Made by a program: the position numbers and the translations under genes
In this document: positions 9,901 through 18,091 of the stretch, one piece after another
How the letters are laid out: every line of letters starts with the position of its first letter
Position numbering within the stretch: position 1 is the first letter of the stretch
The notes under the pieces: model-generated
The model's database searches: none
What the model saw: the letters and a program-made list of their open reading frames with translations, nothing else
What the model was told of the DNA's origin: nothing
DNA from: Candidatus Omnitrophota bacterium
Lineage (GTDB): Bacteria; Omnitrophota; Omnitrophia; Omnitrophales; Aquincolibacteriaceae
Reading direction: 5' to 3'
Assembly (NCBI GenBank): GCA_043732705.1
Contig: JAYTHE010000034.1
Location: 1-61,072 of the forward strand
Length of the DNA stretch: 61,072 nt

Positions 9901-10329
9901 ATCGAATTTGACCGCGGCATGGATCAATTCCGAACTGCCGTTTTTGGCGCGCAAGTTGAGCCATTGGAACAGCGCAACACCTTGGACCACACGTTGAAAA
10001 CAGGGACTAGAATTCAAAATATAAAAGGAAATGTACGCGTTGTTTCAAAGGATGGAAAAGTTTATAACGCGCGCGTTGGGATTGAATTGGAAGAAGGCGA
10101 TCAGGTGGTTACCGACAAATCATCAAAAGTGGAATTAACCAAGGGGTTAGATAAAGTGACTGTATCAGCGGACTCTGCCGTACAAGTTCAAAAACAAACC
10201 GAAGCAGGTAAGCCCGCTCAAGACTTATTGACGCTCGCATTCGGTAAGGTTTCCGTTGCTATTTCGGATGACAGCCTTTCATCCTTTGTGGTGCAAACTC
10301 CTAATGGTATGGCTGGTCTCCGCGGCTGA
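6976..10329 (+). CDS. TpsA-like secreted exoprotein: divergent TPS (haemagglutination-activity) domain, autotransporter-associated beta-strand (PATR) repeats, and a C-terminal FecR-like domain
   Basis: Signal peptide. WQFNLNGSLFFN...LFNKNGVHFTSGSEINLHNADFIGAAL resembles the TPS NPNG(I/V)xF region. GTGTLEVLNSATNGGVTNVNVGTLIF and KVGSGTLNW are PATR-like. GNVRVVSKDGKVYNARVGIELEEGDQVVTDKSSKVEL is FecR-like. Confidence 0.7.
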   Translation: MQNKQARSTNRFLSCCTIIVFFVFSVLPFPGYAEEWNGIDRTIGENGSVIYTANGDHTIDLDAFDQGATDHWQFNLNGSLFFNITGSGATTWSGKTDVFGGLLGLFNKNGVHFTSGSEINLHNADFIGAALKSVDGMHFKGYEGEGDNKVFSGGYLLNEGKISGTGNVGLLGRAVENKGTIDLPANKIHLAAGDAMTVGLSGDNLVSVVVDEATSSSVKDFENNTLTDQIKNSGKITGHKIRLDAKGVDSVFEKAINLSGEVRAVDVDANDKGEIVMLSMDDIYSKAILDASKIYIRAGAGNIKTLGVLRAQELDEQGGSFGIGGIYHVGKSQHKNLDHALTYEYDTNVSGLIDDTDDIRINSGVTLTLDAGTYFSTGGNFLMSSGGVIDARGYDLGIATHNYYGNTLGNIVNAGRVTLGGQGGSNVFYGGGQIVAAGDLIYTGLSSANITITNGHVFHSLGLDTYNSFGGDAVGRIDGDGSLTVTSDQNLEVTTLVSGSAGTNVIFNGSGSTKVDYGINNNGGTVVKNGTGTLEVLNSATNGGVTNVNVGTLIFDGPGIGSGFVVANGASLVYSGSSNFGGPTIPITINGMGVGSAGAFRQTGYGNYGYNGVITLGSSAAIGAGILSSSARITGGSNYNLTKVGSGTLNWQGSGGIDIGGDLIVSAGTFFGAGVNNSNIVIRGGDVTGNGIINVIYGKFIVSGTGNFGGNTNWSFQNLTFGDGTNTGVTTKTGNNAITVFGNLEIKNHETLNASSSTWNVDRNWTNAGTFNGGTSTVNLTRLDLCCGGNTDQTLTSGSGNFYNLRHTGTSRVTLKDNLLVSHDFLNSNGTFDATQKTVTVNGNFSVTGGNFTNAYGGSTSVGGNLNLGEYGSFNSSRVDIAGTVVNSQIYNSFQRYINMGIMSFHDGSLKDFRVDTSHLFDGIRRARDLNAMNLFNHKKQLNAQSITDDILSQYDFKKKKLSSGINEIIAQSQDIEFDRGMDQFRTAVFGAQVEPLEQRNTLDHTLKTGTRIQNIKGNVRVVSKDGKVYNARVGIELEEGDQVVTDKSSKVELTKGLDKVTVSADSAVQVQKQTEAGKPAQDLLTLAFGKVSVAISDDSLSSFVVQTPNGMAGLRG

Positions 10330-10377
10330 GGATTTTTTTGCGCTGCCCCGAAAGTTTGCTAGAATCTTGCCATGAAT

Positions 10378-10477
10378 CCCGCTAGAAACTTAAACAAATT
10401 AAATCAGTCAACCCCCATGAATCGGCACGTATCAAAAATTGACAGCTGTTTTCTTTTTTCGTGGAGTTTCTAACGGG
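10378..10477 (+). promoter_or_regulatory. 5' leader hairpin whose 3' arm covers the SD-to-ATG spacer of the aminotransferase gene. A second copy of this motif lies at 17488-17589.
   Basis: cccgctagaaact (10378-10390) pairs with agtttctaacggg (10465-10477). The ATG follows at 10478 and GGAG lies at 10463-10466. Confidence 0.35.
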
Positions 10478-11560
10478 ATGAATATTTGGCAGCAAATCCG
10501 CTCTGATTTTCCAATCACTCAGAAATATATTTATCTCGATCATGCCGCCGGCGGTCCGATTCCCAAACCTGTTTTGGAAGCGATTCAGCAATTTCAAAAA
10601 GAAAACGCGGAAGGCGGGGACTTTCACTGGCTTAAGTGGATGAAACGCCGGGATGAAGCGCGTCAAACCACGGCTGATTTTATCGGAGCGCAGCCGGAGG
10701 AAATCGCATTTACCTCAAGTGCTTCTCATGGAATGAATCTTGCCGCTGAATTACTGTCCGGCGAGGGTAACGTTTTATTGAATGAATCAGAGTTTCCTTC
10801 GAGTACGGTTCCCTGGCTTTGGCGCAATGCAAAGGTGGCGTGGGAAAAAGAAAGCGGCATCGGTTCCATTCCCGGCGATATCTCGACGATTGTGACGAGC
10901 TATGTTCAATACGCGACGGGGCGCAGGCAGGATATTCAGGCGCTTGGAAAAGAAAAAGGCTCGAAATTTTTAGTCGTCAACGCTACGCAAGGATTCGGAG
11001 TTTTACCCGTCAACGTTAAAAAGTGGAATGCTGATTTTATTTGCACGAACAGTTATAAATGGATGATGGCCGGTTATGGCGGCGGAATTTTGTATGTCCG
11101 CAAACCATTACTTGAGAAATTTCGTCCGGCAGGTGCGGGTTGGCGCAGTATGATCGGCTGTGATTTGATGCAAAATAAAAATCTTGAAATGAAAAAAGCC
11201 GGCGAAAGATATGAATGGGGCTGTCCCAATTTTGCGGCGATGTTCGGCTTTGCGGCCGCGATTCGTTATTTTTCAGGGATCGGGATGGACAAAATCGAGA
11301 AACGCGTGCTGGACCTGACTGATTTTTTAATCAAAGAATTGCAAAAGCGTGAATTTAAAATTCTTTCTCCTCTGGAGCCAGAAGCCCGTTCCGGAATTGT
11401 TGTTTTTGAGACCGAGCATGCCGTGAAAATTTGGAAGAAGCTTCTGGATCAAGGGGTGTATGTTTCGCCGCGAGGCGGAGGGATTCGCGTGGCACCTCAT
11501 TTTTATAATACCCACGAAGAAATCGACTTATTCCTGGAGAAGCTAGATGTGCTACTGTAA
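10478..11560 (+). CDS. Class-V aminotransferase-fold PLP enzyme (cysteine desulfurase / selenocysteine lyase-like)
   Basis: YLDHAAGGP, the ATQGFG region, and TNSYKWMMAGYGGG (PLP lysine context). The start is moved from the TTG at 10439 to the ATG at 10478, which has an upstream GGAG. Confidence 0.85.
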   Translation: MNIWQQIRSDFPITQKYIYLDHAAGGPIPKPVLEAIQQFQKENAEGGDFHWLKWMKRRDEARQTTADFIGAQPEEIAFTSSASHGMNLAAELLSGEGNVLLNESEFPSSTVPWLWRNAKVAWEKESGIGSIPGDISTIVTSYVQYATGRRQDIQALGKEKGSKFLVVNATQGFGVLPVNVKKWNADFICTNSYKWMMAGYGGGILYVRKPLLEKFRPAGAGWRSMIGCDLMQNKNLEMKKAGERYEWGCPNFAAMFGFAAAIRYFSGIGMDKIEKRVLDLTDFLIKELQKREFKILSPLEPEARSGIVVFETEHAVKIWKKLLDQGVYVSPRGGGIRVAPHFYNTHEEIDLFLEKLDVLL

Positions 11561-11649
11561 GTAGCCTCTTGAGGCCTTTTGATGTAGAATCTGCGCCGGT
11601 TTATGCCGACCCTTTCGAGGGACAACTTTTTAAGAAATGGAGAGAGGAA

Positions 11650-12960
11650 ATGTTGAAGAAGATTTTTTTCGGGATTTTGATTGTGTTGGTGCTTGTGCTT
11701 GTTTTTCACAGCTTTATTATTGGTACTGTGGTGAAGCCGCAAGCTGAGCAACAAATCTCCAAACTTCTCGGAACCGAAGTCAAAATCAATATTTTGAGCG
11801 TGCGTCTTTGGCCGGGAAGTGCCGCGGTTTATGGTTTAAAAATTAAAAACCCTTCCGGCTTTTCAGATAATTATTTATTGGATCTGGGAAGTTTTTCCGT
11901 GGCGCTTGACGTGCCGGGGCTTATGAAACAGTTTGCCGGCGGTGCGACAGGCCCCAAGAGTTTGGTGGTTGACCATATTAAAATTAAAGGACTCAAGCTG
12001 CTTGTTGAGCGCATTGCTTTGCCTAATGGCCCGCAGTCGAATCTTGAGAAACTGACGGAAAATTTAAATCGCCAGGCCAAGACTGAACCCGCCAAGTCGG
12101 CCTCTTCCGAGAAGGCTCCTGAATCCTCTAAAAAACAGCTTGATTTAAGCATCGAGCTAAAGCAATTCAGTTTTGTGGACGGGCAAGTTACGGTGCATGA
12201 TTCAACAATTGGTTCCGGTTTTGAATATGCCGTTGATAAAATTAATGTCGATGTGAAAAATATTTTCTATCCCGCGAAACCCGCCAATGAATTAGTTGAA
12301 ACATTGGATGTCTCCGCGCAGCTTGGCAGGGAGAATCCTGGTGCCGTGAGTTTTCAAGGCCGTTCTAATTTAATGTCCGGCGGCAATATGGACGCAAAAC
12401 TTTCGGTTAAAGATGTGGGTATCGCTGATTTCAATGCTTTTGTAACCGACCAGCCTTTCAAGATTGTCGCGGGCAAATTCGATTTGCAATCCACGATTAA
12501 AATTTTTGACAGTCAACTTCAGTCTCAGCATCAACTCAAATTGACTTCCATGGAGTTGGCGGGTAAGTCGCTTGGCACGGAACTTCTTGATTTACCGATG
12601 CAAACTTTGGTTTCGACATTAAGCCGCTTGCCCGCGATTGATGTGCCGTTTGAAGTTAACGGCAATTTAAAGAATCCCCAGTTTAAAATCACACAAGCTT
12701 TGAAAGCCGCGATTAGCAACGCCATTCAAAAAGTGCTTGCCGGCGGCCTCGGTGACGTAACAGGCGCCGCCAAACAACTGACAAGCGTCGCGAATAATGT
12801 GGCCGGACAAGCGCTTGGCGCCGTCGGCGGAGAAAATGCCGGGAAATTGACGGGTGATGCCACGAAGCTGGTCCAGGGCTTAGCCGGTGAAACCACAGAA
12901 TCCCTTGAAGGCGGACTCAAAAAACTTTCCGGTTTTTTAGCAAAGGCTAAGGAAAATTGA
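11650..12960 (+). CDS. AsmA-like membrane-anchored protein
   Basis: N-terminal TM helix (FFGILIVLVLVLVF), then an AsmA-type start (ISKLLGTEVKINILSVRLWPG...IKNPSGF), and C-terminal IDVPFEVNGNLKNPQFK. ATG at 11650 is preceded by GGAGAGAGG. Confidence 0.55.
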   Translation: MLKKIFFGILIVLVLVLVFHSFIIGTVVKPQAEQQISKLLGTEVKINILSVRLWPGSAAVYGLKIKNPSGFSDNYLLDLGSFSVALDVPGLMKQFAGGATGPKSLVVDHIKIKGLKLLVERIALPNGPQSNLEKLTENLNRQAKTEPAKSASSEKAPESSKKQLDLSIELKQFSFVDGQVTVHDSTIGSGFEYAVDKINVDVKNIFYPAKPANELVETLDVSAQLGRENPGAVSFQGRSNLMSGGNMDAKLSVKDVGIADFNAFVTDQPFKIVAGKFDLQSTIKIFDSQLQSQHQLKLTSMELAGKSLGTELLDLPMQTLVSTLSRLPAIDVPFEVNGNLKNPQFKITQALKAAISNAIQKVLAGGLGDVTGAAKQLTSVANNVAGQALGAVGGENAGKLTGDATKLVQGLAGETTESLEGGLKKLSGFLAKAKEN

Positions 12961-13862
12961 GCGCTATTAAAAAACCCGCGGTAATCAAGAAAAAAGCGGG
13001 CTATGTCACGATTATTGGCCGCCCGAATGTCGGCAAATCAACCCTGCTGAATTATTTGGTGGGACAAAAGTTGGCTGGAACTTCGGCGAAGCCTCAAACA
13101 ACCCGCGATGTCATTCGTGGCATTATGACTGAACCGCGCGGACAAATTGTTTTCATTGATACCCCTGGCGTACATCGCCCGCATGATTTGCTGGGTGAGA
13201 AAATGGTCAAAGGCGCCGAAAGTTCGCTTCGCGGCGCGGACATTATTTTCTTTATGATTGTGCCGCACTTTGCCGAGGAAGAAGAGCAGCGTATTCTGGC
13301 CTGGGTCAAGGCGCAGAAAGCCCCTGCCTTTCTTGTGATGAATCAAGTGGACCGTTTTCCGCGCGATAAGATACTGCCTGTGATCGAGAGCTATCAACAG
13401 CTGCATTCTTTTCAAGAATATATTCCCATCAGCGCCAAGCACGGAACGCAGATTCCGCTTTTGCTCGACAAGGCTTTTGAGAACTTACCCGTGGGGGAGC
13501 CTTTTTTCCCGGCGGATCAGCTATCCGACCAAAGCGAGCGCTTCCATGTTCAGGAAATGATTCGCGAGAAGGTTTTTCGCCGTCTTGGGCAGGAAGTGCC
13601 ATATTCCACGGCGGTGCGCATGGATTCTTTTAAAGAAGTCGCCGGCAAGAAAACGGAAATTCACGCGGCAATCGTTGTAGAGCGTGAGTCACAAAAGAAA
13701 ATCGTGATTGGCAACGGCGGCGAGAAAATCAAGCAAATCGGAATGGATGCTCGCGTTGACATTGAAAAATTTTTAGGACGCAAAATTGTTTTAAAGCTTT
13801 GGGTTCGTGTACGGGAGAATTGGAAAGATAATCCCGGTCTGCTCAAAGAATATGGCCATTAA
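12957..13862 (+). CDS. era: GTPase Era
   Basis: G1 GRPNVGKST, G3 DTPG, G4 NQVD, and a C-terminal KH domain (VERESQKKIVIGNGGEKIK). TTG start overlaps the upstream TGA. Confidence 0.95.
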   Translation: MSAIKKPAVIKKKAGYVTIIGRPNVGKSTLLNYLVGQKLAGTSAKPQTTRDVIRGIMTEPRGQIVFIDTPGVHRPHDLLGEKMVKGAESSLRGADIIFFMIVPHFAEEEEQRILAWVKAQKAPAFLVMNQVDRFPRDKILPVIESYQQLHSFQEYIPISAKHGTQIPLLLDKAFENLPVGEPFFPADQLSDQSERFHVQEMIREKVFRRLGQEVPYSTAVRMDSFKEVAGKKTEIHAAIVVERESQKKIVIGNGGEKIKQIGMDARVDIEKFLGRKIVLKLWVRVRENWKDNPGLLKEYGH

Positions 13863-13986
13863 AGAAAACGCTGAAAAAGTTCGGCTACGGCGTTGCAAAC
13901 GGCGCTTCCTTGTGCGGCGTATTGCCGCATACGGCAGTCTCGTCCGATTTATTTTTAAGACGAGACACAGCGCTGAGTATTGTTTT

Positions 13987-14008
13987 AAAAATGGCATTCG
14001 CCATTTTT
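13987..14008. terminator. Small A/T-flanked hairpin (bidirectional terminator-like) after era
   Basis: aaaaatggc attc gccattttt. Confidence 0.45.
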
Positions 14009-14087
14009 AAATATAAGGAAGCACTAGTCCGCGAGGCTTGTTCGCGCCTTGTATTCAAAGCTTTTTGAGCTGTTTTCACGGAATTTT

Positions 14088-14735
14088 ATGAAAAAAAAAT
14101 CTACCCCAAAGAAAACAGAAATTAAAACGGTGATATTTGATCTTGGCAATGTTTTGGCCTTGCATGACGCGCGTATTGCCGCGCGCCGTTACGCGAAAAT
14201 TACAGGCATGACATTCCAGGAAGTTTGGGATACGGTTTTAACCTCCAAAACTGAAAAAGCCTATACTCGCGGCGAAATCACAAGCTATCAGTTTTATCGT
14301 TACGCGAAGGGCCTCAGCAAGAAGCCGGACGTAAAAATGACCTATGCGGAATTCCGTGATATCTGGAATGAGATTTTTGTTGAGAATCAAGGCATGGAAA
14401 TTATCTTAAAAAATCTAAAAAAAAATTATCCGCTTTATTTGATTTCCAACACGAACGCGATGCATTGGAATTATCTTTTACCCAAATATAATCATTTGCT
14501 GAAGCATTTTCGCCGCCGGTTCCCATCGCATCAAGTCGGGCATCGCAAACCGAATCCAGAAATTTATCTCAAAGTTTTAAAACTCATCGGACGGTTTAAG
14601 CCAGAAGAAACTGTTTTTATCGATGATCATCCTGGTTTTATCGAGGGTGCCCGCTCAGTCGGCATGAACGCGATTCTTTTCAAAACTCCTGCTCAGCTTC
14701 TCAAAGATTTAAAAAAAATGGGTGTGAACTGCTAA
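14088..14735 (+). CDS. HAD-superfamily hydrolase, subfamily IA (YihX-like)
   Basis: Motif I VIFDLGNVL, ISNTN, and FIDD. The start is set to the ATG at 14088. Confidence 0.8.
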   Translation: MKKKSTPKKTEIKTVIFDLGNVLALHDARIAARRYAKITGMTFQEVWDTVLTSKTEKAYTRGEITSYQFYRYAKGLSKKPDVKMTYAEFRDIWNEIFVENQGMEIILKNLKKNYPLYLISNTNAMHWNYLLPKYNHLLKHFRRRFPSHQVGHRKPNPEIYLKVLKLIGRFKPEETVFIDDHPGFIEGARSVGMNAILFKTPAQLLKDLKKMGVNC

Positions 14736-14849
14736 GTTTTGCCTCTGGGCTTGCGCCCAACCGGCATATCCGTTCAAATCTTTCCATCCAATTGAAGGTT
14801 TTTCCTTTTACTGTCGTCAATCAATAGAGACATTGAGGGGGGGGGATTT

Positions 14850-15689
14850 ATGGGACATTTCATTCGGACGGCACTTTTGTTAGCAGTGCTCAGTTTATTG
14901 GTCCTGATGATGGGACAAGCTGTGGGCGGCCGCGCAGGTTTGACTGTGGCGCTTATCTTGACCTTCGTTATGAACTTCGGCAGTTATTGGTACGGCGATA
15001 AAATCGTTCTCGCCATGCACCGTGCGGTTCCGCTTTCACGCAAAAAAGCCCCCGAAATTTACGCGATTGCCGAAGAAATTGCCGGACGCGCCGCAATGCC
15101 GGTGCCCAAAATTTACTGGATCGCCTCAGCTTCACCCAATGCTTTCGCGACCGGACGCAATCCGCAAAACGCGGCGATTGTTGTAACGCAGGGGTTGGTG
15201 CAATCGTTGAATCAGGAAGAATTAAAAGGTGTCATCGGACATGAAATGGGCCATGTTTTGCACCGTGATACGTTGACATCGACTATTGTCGCGACACTTG
15301 CCGGAGTTGTGAGCTATGCGGCGATGGAGCTGCGTTCGTCTTTCATAATCGGACGTTCCCGCGGTCATCAAGCAAACCCCATTCTTTTGCTTGTCTTCGC
15401 GATTCTCATGCCGCTTGCCGCCGCAATGATTCAAATGGCGGTTTCAAGAACACGTGAATATGCCGCGGATGACAGCGGTGCGGAACTTGCCGGTAACCCG
15501 CTCTATTTGGCAAGCGCGTTGCAGAAAATTTCAATCGCGGGCCGCAAAACTCCGATGGCGGATGCCAATCCGGCCGCCGCACATTTGTTTATTGTCAGCC
15601 CGCTTTCAGGCGCTAATTTTTCGAGCCTTTTTTCAACTCATCCGCCGATTGAGAAAAGAATTGCCCGGCTTGAAGCGATGGCACGTTAA
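14850..15689 (+). CDS. htpX: M48 zinc metalloprotease HtpX
   Basis: Four hydrophobic segments, HEMGHV, and EYAADD. Purine-rich RBS GAGGGGGGGG. Confidence 0.9.
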   Translation: MGHFIRTALLLAVLSLLVLMMGQAVGGRAGLTVALILTFVMNFGSYWYGDKIVLAMHRAVPLSRKKAPEIYAIAEEIAGRAAMPVPKIYWIASASPNAFATGRNPQNAAIVVTQGLVQSLNQEELKGVIGHEMGHVLHRDTLTSTIVATLAGVVSYAAMELRSSFIIGRSRGHQANPILLLVFAILMPLAAAMIQMAVSRTREYAADDSGAELAGNPLYLASALQKISIAGRKTPMADANPAAAHLFIVSPLSGANFSSLFSTHPPIEKRIARLEAMAR

Positions 15690-15716
15690 GACGGAGTCTT
15701 AACGTTTCGTATCTTT
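15683..15716 (+). terminator. Terminator-like hairpin overlapping the htpX stop codon
   Basis: acgttaagac / gtcttaacgt 10-bp stem with a 3-nt loop, followed by ttcgtatcttt. Confidence 0.5.
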
Positions 15717-15730
15717 AGGAATCGCTTTTA

Positions 15731-15759
15731 TTGACGATAACCTCAGTCGTCGGTACAAT
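15731..15759 (+). promoter_or_regulatory. Candidate sigma70 promoter for the ferredoxin gene: TTGACG, 17-nt spacer, TACAAT
   Basis: Hexamers at 15731-15736 and 15754-15759. A GGGAG RBS precedes the ATG at 15798. Confidence 0.45.
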
Positions 15760-15797
15760 TCAGGAATTATCACGCACTTATTTTTAGGGAGTTATTT

Positions 15798-16112
15798 ATG
15801 TCGTATGTAATCGTAGAAAAATGTCTCGGTGAACGTTATGCTTCTTGCGTCGCTGTTTGTCCTGTGGATTGCATTTATCCCGGAGAATACAAGGGTGAAG
15901 CGTTCATGGTCATTGACCCGAATGTTTGCATTACCTGCGGCGCATGCTTGCCGGAATGCCCGATTGGCGCGATTGTTGAAAGTGAAGATTATTCGCCGGA
16001 TTGGGCTAAGATTAATGCTGAGCTTGCTCCCGGTTATCAGCCCAATCCTAAAGTTCCCGAGCGCCCGCGCGATGATAAGCCGCGCAAAGAAGGCAATAAA
16101 CTAGTCAATTAG
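15798..16112 (+). CDS. Ferredoxin (FdxA-like, 7Fe/2x[4Fe-4S] type)
   Basis: CxxxxxxxCxxxCP (CLGERYASCVAVCP) and CITCGACLPECP cluster motifs. Confidence 0.85.
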   Translation: MSYVIVEKCLGERYASCVAVCPVDCIYPGEYKGEAFMVIDPNVCITCGACLPECPIGAIVESEDYSPDWAKINAELAPGYQPNPKVPERPRDDKPRKEGNKLVN

Positions 16113-16128
16113 ACTGACGACTGAAGAC

Positions 16129-16166
16129 AAGCAGGGTCGCTTTTAAGCGACCCTGCTTTATTTTAT
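16129..16166 (+). terminator. Rho-independent terminator after the ferredoxin gene
   Basis: aagcagggtcgc / gcgaccctgctt 12-bp stem, followed by a T-run (tatttta). Confidence 0.75.
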
Positions 16167-16236
16167 AAAGAGAGCGGTGAGTCTGTGGTCTTTAGTCTAT
16201 GGTCTATAGTCTGTTTGCGCTGTAGAATATGCGTCT

Positions 16237-17451
16237 ATGGAAAAACCCACATCCGGCATTATCCGCACCAGTTTTGGGCTTCAGTCGTCAATTAAGCCGC
16301 AGCTTGAGCAAAGCTATTCGAGCGCGCTGATTGAAAGTTTAAGGTCCAATGGATTCATGCGCGAAGAGGGCCGCGTCAAACTTTTTTTAGCGGAAGAGTT
16401 TGGCTTTTGTTACGGCGTGGACCGTGCGATTGATTACGCTTATCAAACCCGCGCCCAATTTCCTGATCGCCGTATTTTTCTTACCAATGAAATTATTCAT
16501 AATCCGCGCGTTAATACCGAACTTTCAGAAATGGGAATTGAGTTTTTACCACCGCTTGCAGGCGGAAGCTGTGACGTCAGCGGGCTGAGCAATAAAGATG
16601 TTGTTTTGATGCCGGCGTTTGGAACTACCGTTGAATTACAAAAGAAGCTGGAAGATATCGGCTGTGTAATTGTGGATACCACTTGTGGCTCCGTGATGAG
16701 TGTTTGGAAGCGCGTGGAGTCTTATAGCCGCGATGGATTTACCTCGGTTATCCACGGAAAATACAACCATGAAGAAACGCTTGCGACAAGTTCGCGCGCT
16801 TTAAAATATCCTGCGGGTAAATATCTGGTTGTGCGTGATAAGGCTGAGGCCCAAAAAGTTTGCGATTATATCGAGGGCCGCGGCAATCCGGATGTTTTTT
16901 TAAAAGAGTTTTCCTGGTGTGCGTCCGAAGGTTTCAATCCCGACCGGGATTTAGAGAAAGTCGGTTGCGCAAATCAAACCACCATGCTTTCTACGGAATC
17001 TTTGGAGATTGCAAACATGCTTAAAGACTCGATCGCAAAACGATACGGAGAAGCAAGTTTGCCGGCGCGTTTCCGCCACTTTGATACGATTTGCTCCGCG
17101 ACTCAGGACCGTCAGGATGCTGTGATGCGTCTTATGCAAAAGAAAATTGATTTGATGTTGGTGGTGGGCGGATACAACTCGAGCAATACGGGGCATCTTG
17201 CGGAAATGTCCGCCGAATATTGCCCGTCTTATCATGTGAAAGACGCGTCTTGCCTCAAATCGGCGGATGAAATTGAATACAAAGTTATTTTCAAAGAGGA
17301 TATTCGCGTTGCCACGAACTGGCTGGCGAAGGGGGATTTGAAAGTCGGAATTACAGCCGGTGCGTCAACTCCGAACCGTGTGATCGAAGAAGTGATTCAA
17401 CGTTTATTTGAACTCGCGAATCAAGATTTTAAAACCCCCGAGGTTGGGTGA
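16237..17451 (+). CDS. ispH: 4-hydroxy-3-methylbut-2-enyl diphosphate reductase (long-form IspH/LytB)
   Basis: FGFCYGVDRAI, IIHNP, TTCGSV, ANQTT, TICSATQDRQ, and the VVGGYNSSNT motifs. Confidence 0.9.
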   Translation: MEKPTSGIIRTSFGLQSSIKPQLEQSYSSALIESLRSNGFMREEGRVKLFLAEEFGFCYGVDRAIDYAYQTRAQFPDRRIFLTNEIIHNPRVNTELSEMGIEFLPPLAGGSCDVSGLSNKDVVLMPAFGTTVELQKKLEDIGCVIVDTTCGSVMSVWKRVESYSRDGFTSVIHGKYNHEETLATSSRALKYPAGKYLVVRDKAEAQKVCDYIEGRGNPDVFLKEFSWCASEGFNPDRDLEKVGCANQTTMLSTESLEIANMLKDSIAKRYGEASLPARFRHFDTICSATQDRQDAVMRLMQKKIDLMLVVGGYNSSNTGHLAEMSAEYCPSYHVKDASCLKSADEIEYKVIFKEDIRVATNWLAKGDLKVGITAGASTPNRVIEEVIQRLFELANQDFKTPEVG

Positions 17452-17473
17452 ACCCATCCTCGGGGGTTAATTC
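17435..17473 (+). terminator. Hairpin overlapping the ispH stop; the T-tract is weak
   Basis: cccccgagg (17435-17443) pairs with cctcggggg (17458-17466). Confidence 0.35.
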
Positions 17474-17487
17474 AGGTAAATATGAGT

Positions 17488-17589
17488 CCCGTTAGAATCT
17501 TAACCGGCAGTGAATTATGAATTTGCTAATGTTTATGGTGAGGATGTTGATTTTAAACAGCACTATGTATTTTGGGAGATTCTAACGGG
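17488..17589 (+). promoter_or_regulatory. 5' leader hairpin whose 3' arm covers the SD-to-ATG spacer of the glutaredoxin gene. Same motif as at 10378-10477.
   Basis: Perfect 13-bp inverted repeat: cccgttagaatct (17488-17500) and agattctaacggg (17577-17589). ATG at 17590, GGGAG at 17574-17578. Confidence 0.35.
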
Positions 17590-17838
17590 ATGAAAGAAGT
17601 CAAAGTTTATAGCACGAACTATTGTCCGTATTGCACGCGTGCCAAACAGCTTCTCAAGTCGAAGAACATTGCTTTTCAGGAAATCGATCTTACGAATGAC
17701 GCTGAATTGCGTGAAAAAATTTCCACGCAAACCGGCCACCAAACCGTCCCCATGATTTTTATCGGTGAAAAGTTCATCGGCGGCTTTGATGATTTGAACC
17801 GCTTAAATCAAGCCGGTGAATTAGACTCCTTGGCCTGA
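17590..17838 (+). CDS. grxC: Glutaredoxin (Grx3-like)
   Basis: Active site YCPYC, TVPMIFIG, and the GGFDD motif. The start is set to the ATG at 17590. Confidence 0.9.
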   Translation: MKEVKVYSTNYCPYCTRAKQLLKSKNIAFQEIDLTNDAELREKISTQTGHQTVPMIFIGEKFIGGFDDLNRLNQAGELDSLA

Positions 17839-17873
17839 CCAATCTCAGTTCCGTAACTCTTGCCTGCCTGGAA

Positions 17874-17906
17874 AAACCTGTCCACTTCCGGGAGGTGGAC
17901 AGGTTT
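17874..17906 (+). terminator. Terminator-like hairpin after grx
   Basis: aaacctgtccac / gtggacaggttt 12-bp stem with a 9-nt loop. Confidence 0.45.
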
Positions 17907-18091
17907 GAGGAAGGGCACTTTCTGCGTTTGTTTAAATTTGTTCATTTTTGATGCTAGCCCATTGCTCCCACCCAAAACATTAATCGCCAATTTATAGCAG
18001 GTTTAATCAGGTGATTTGCAATATAACCATGGGGCGGGCAAGGTTCCTCTAACGACTTTTAGAAACTTCAACCTTTATAAAAGTCGCCACT

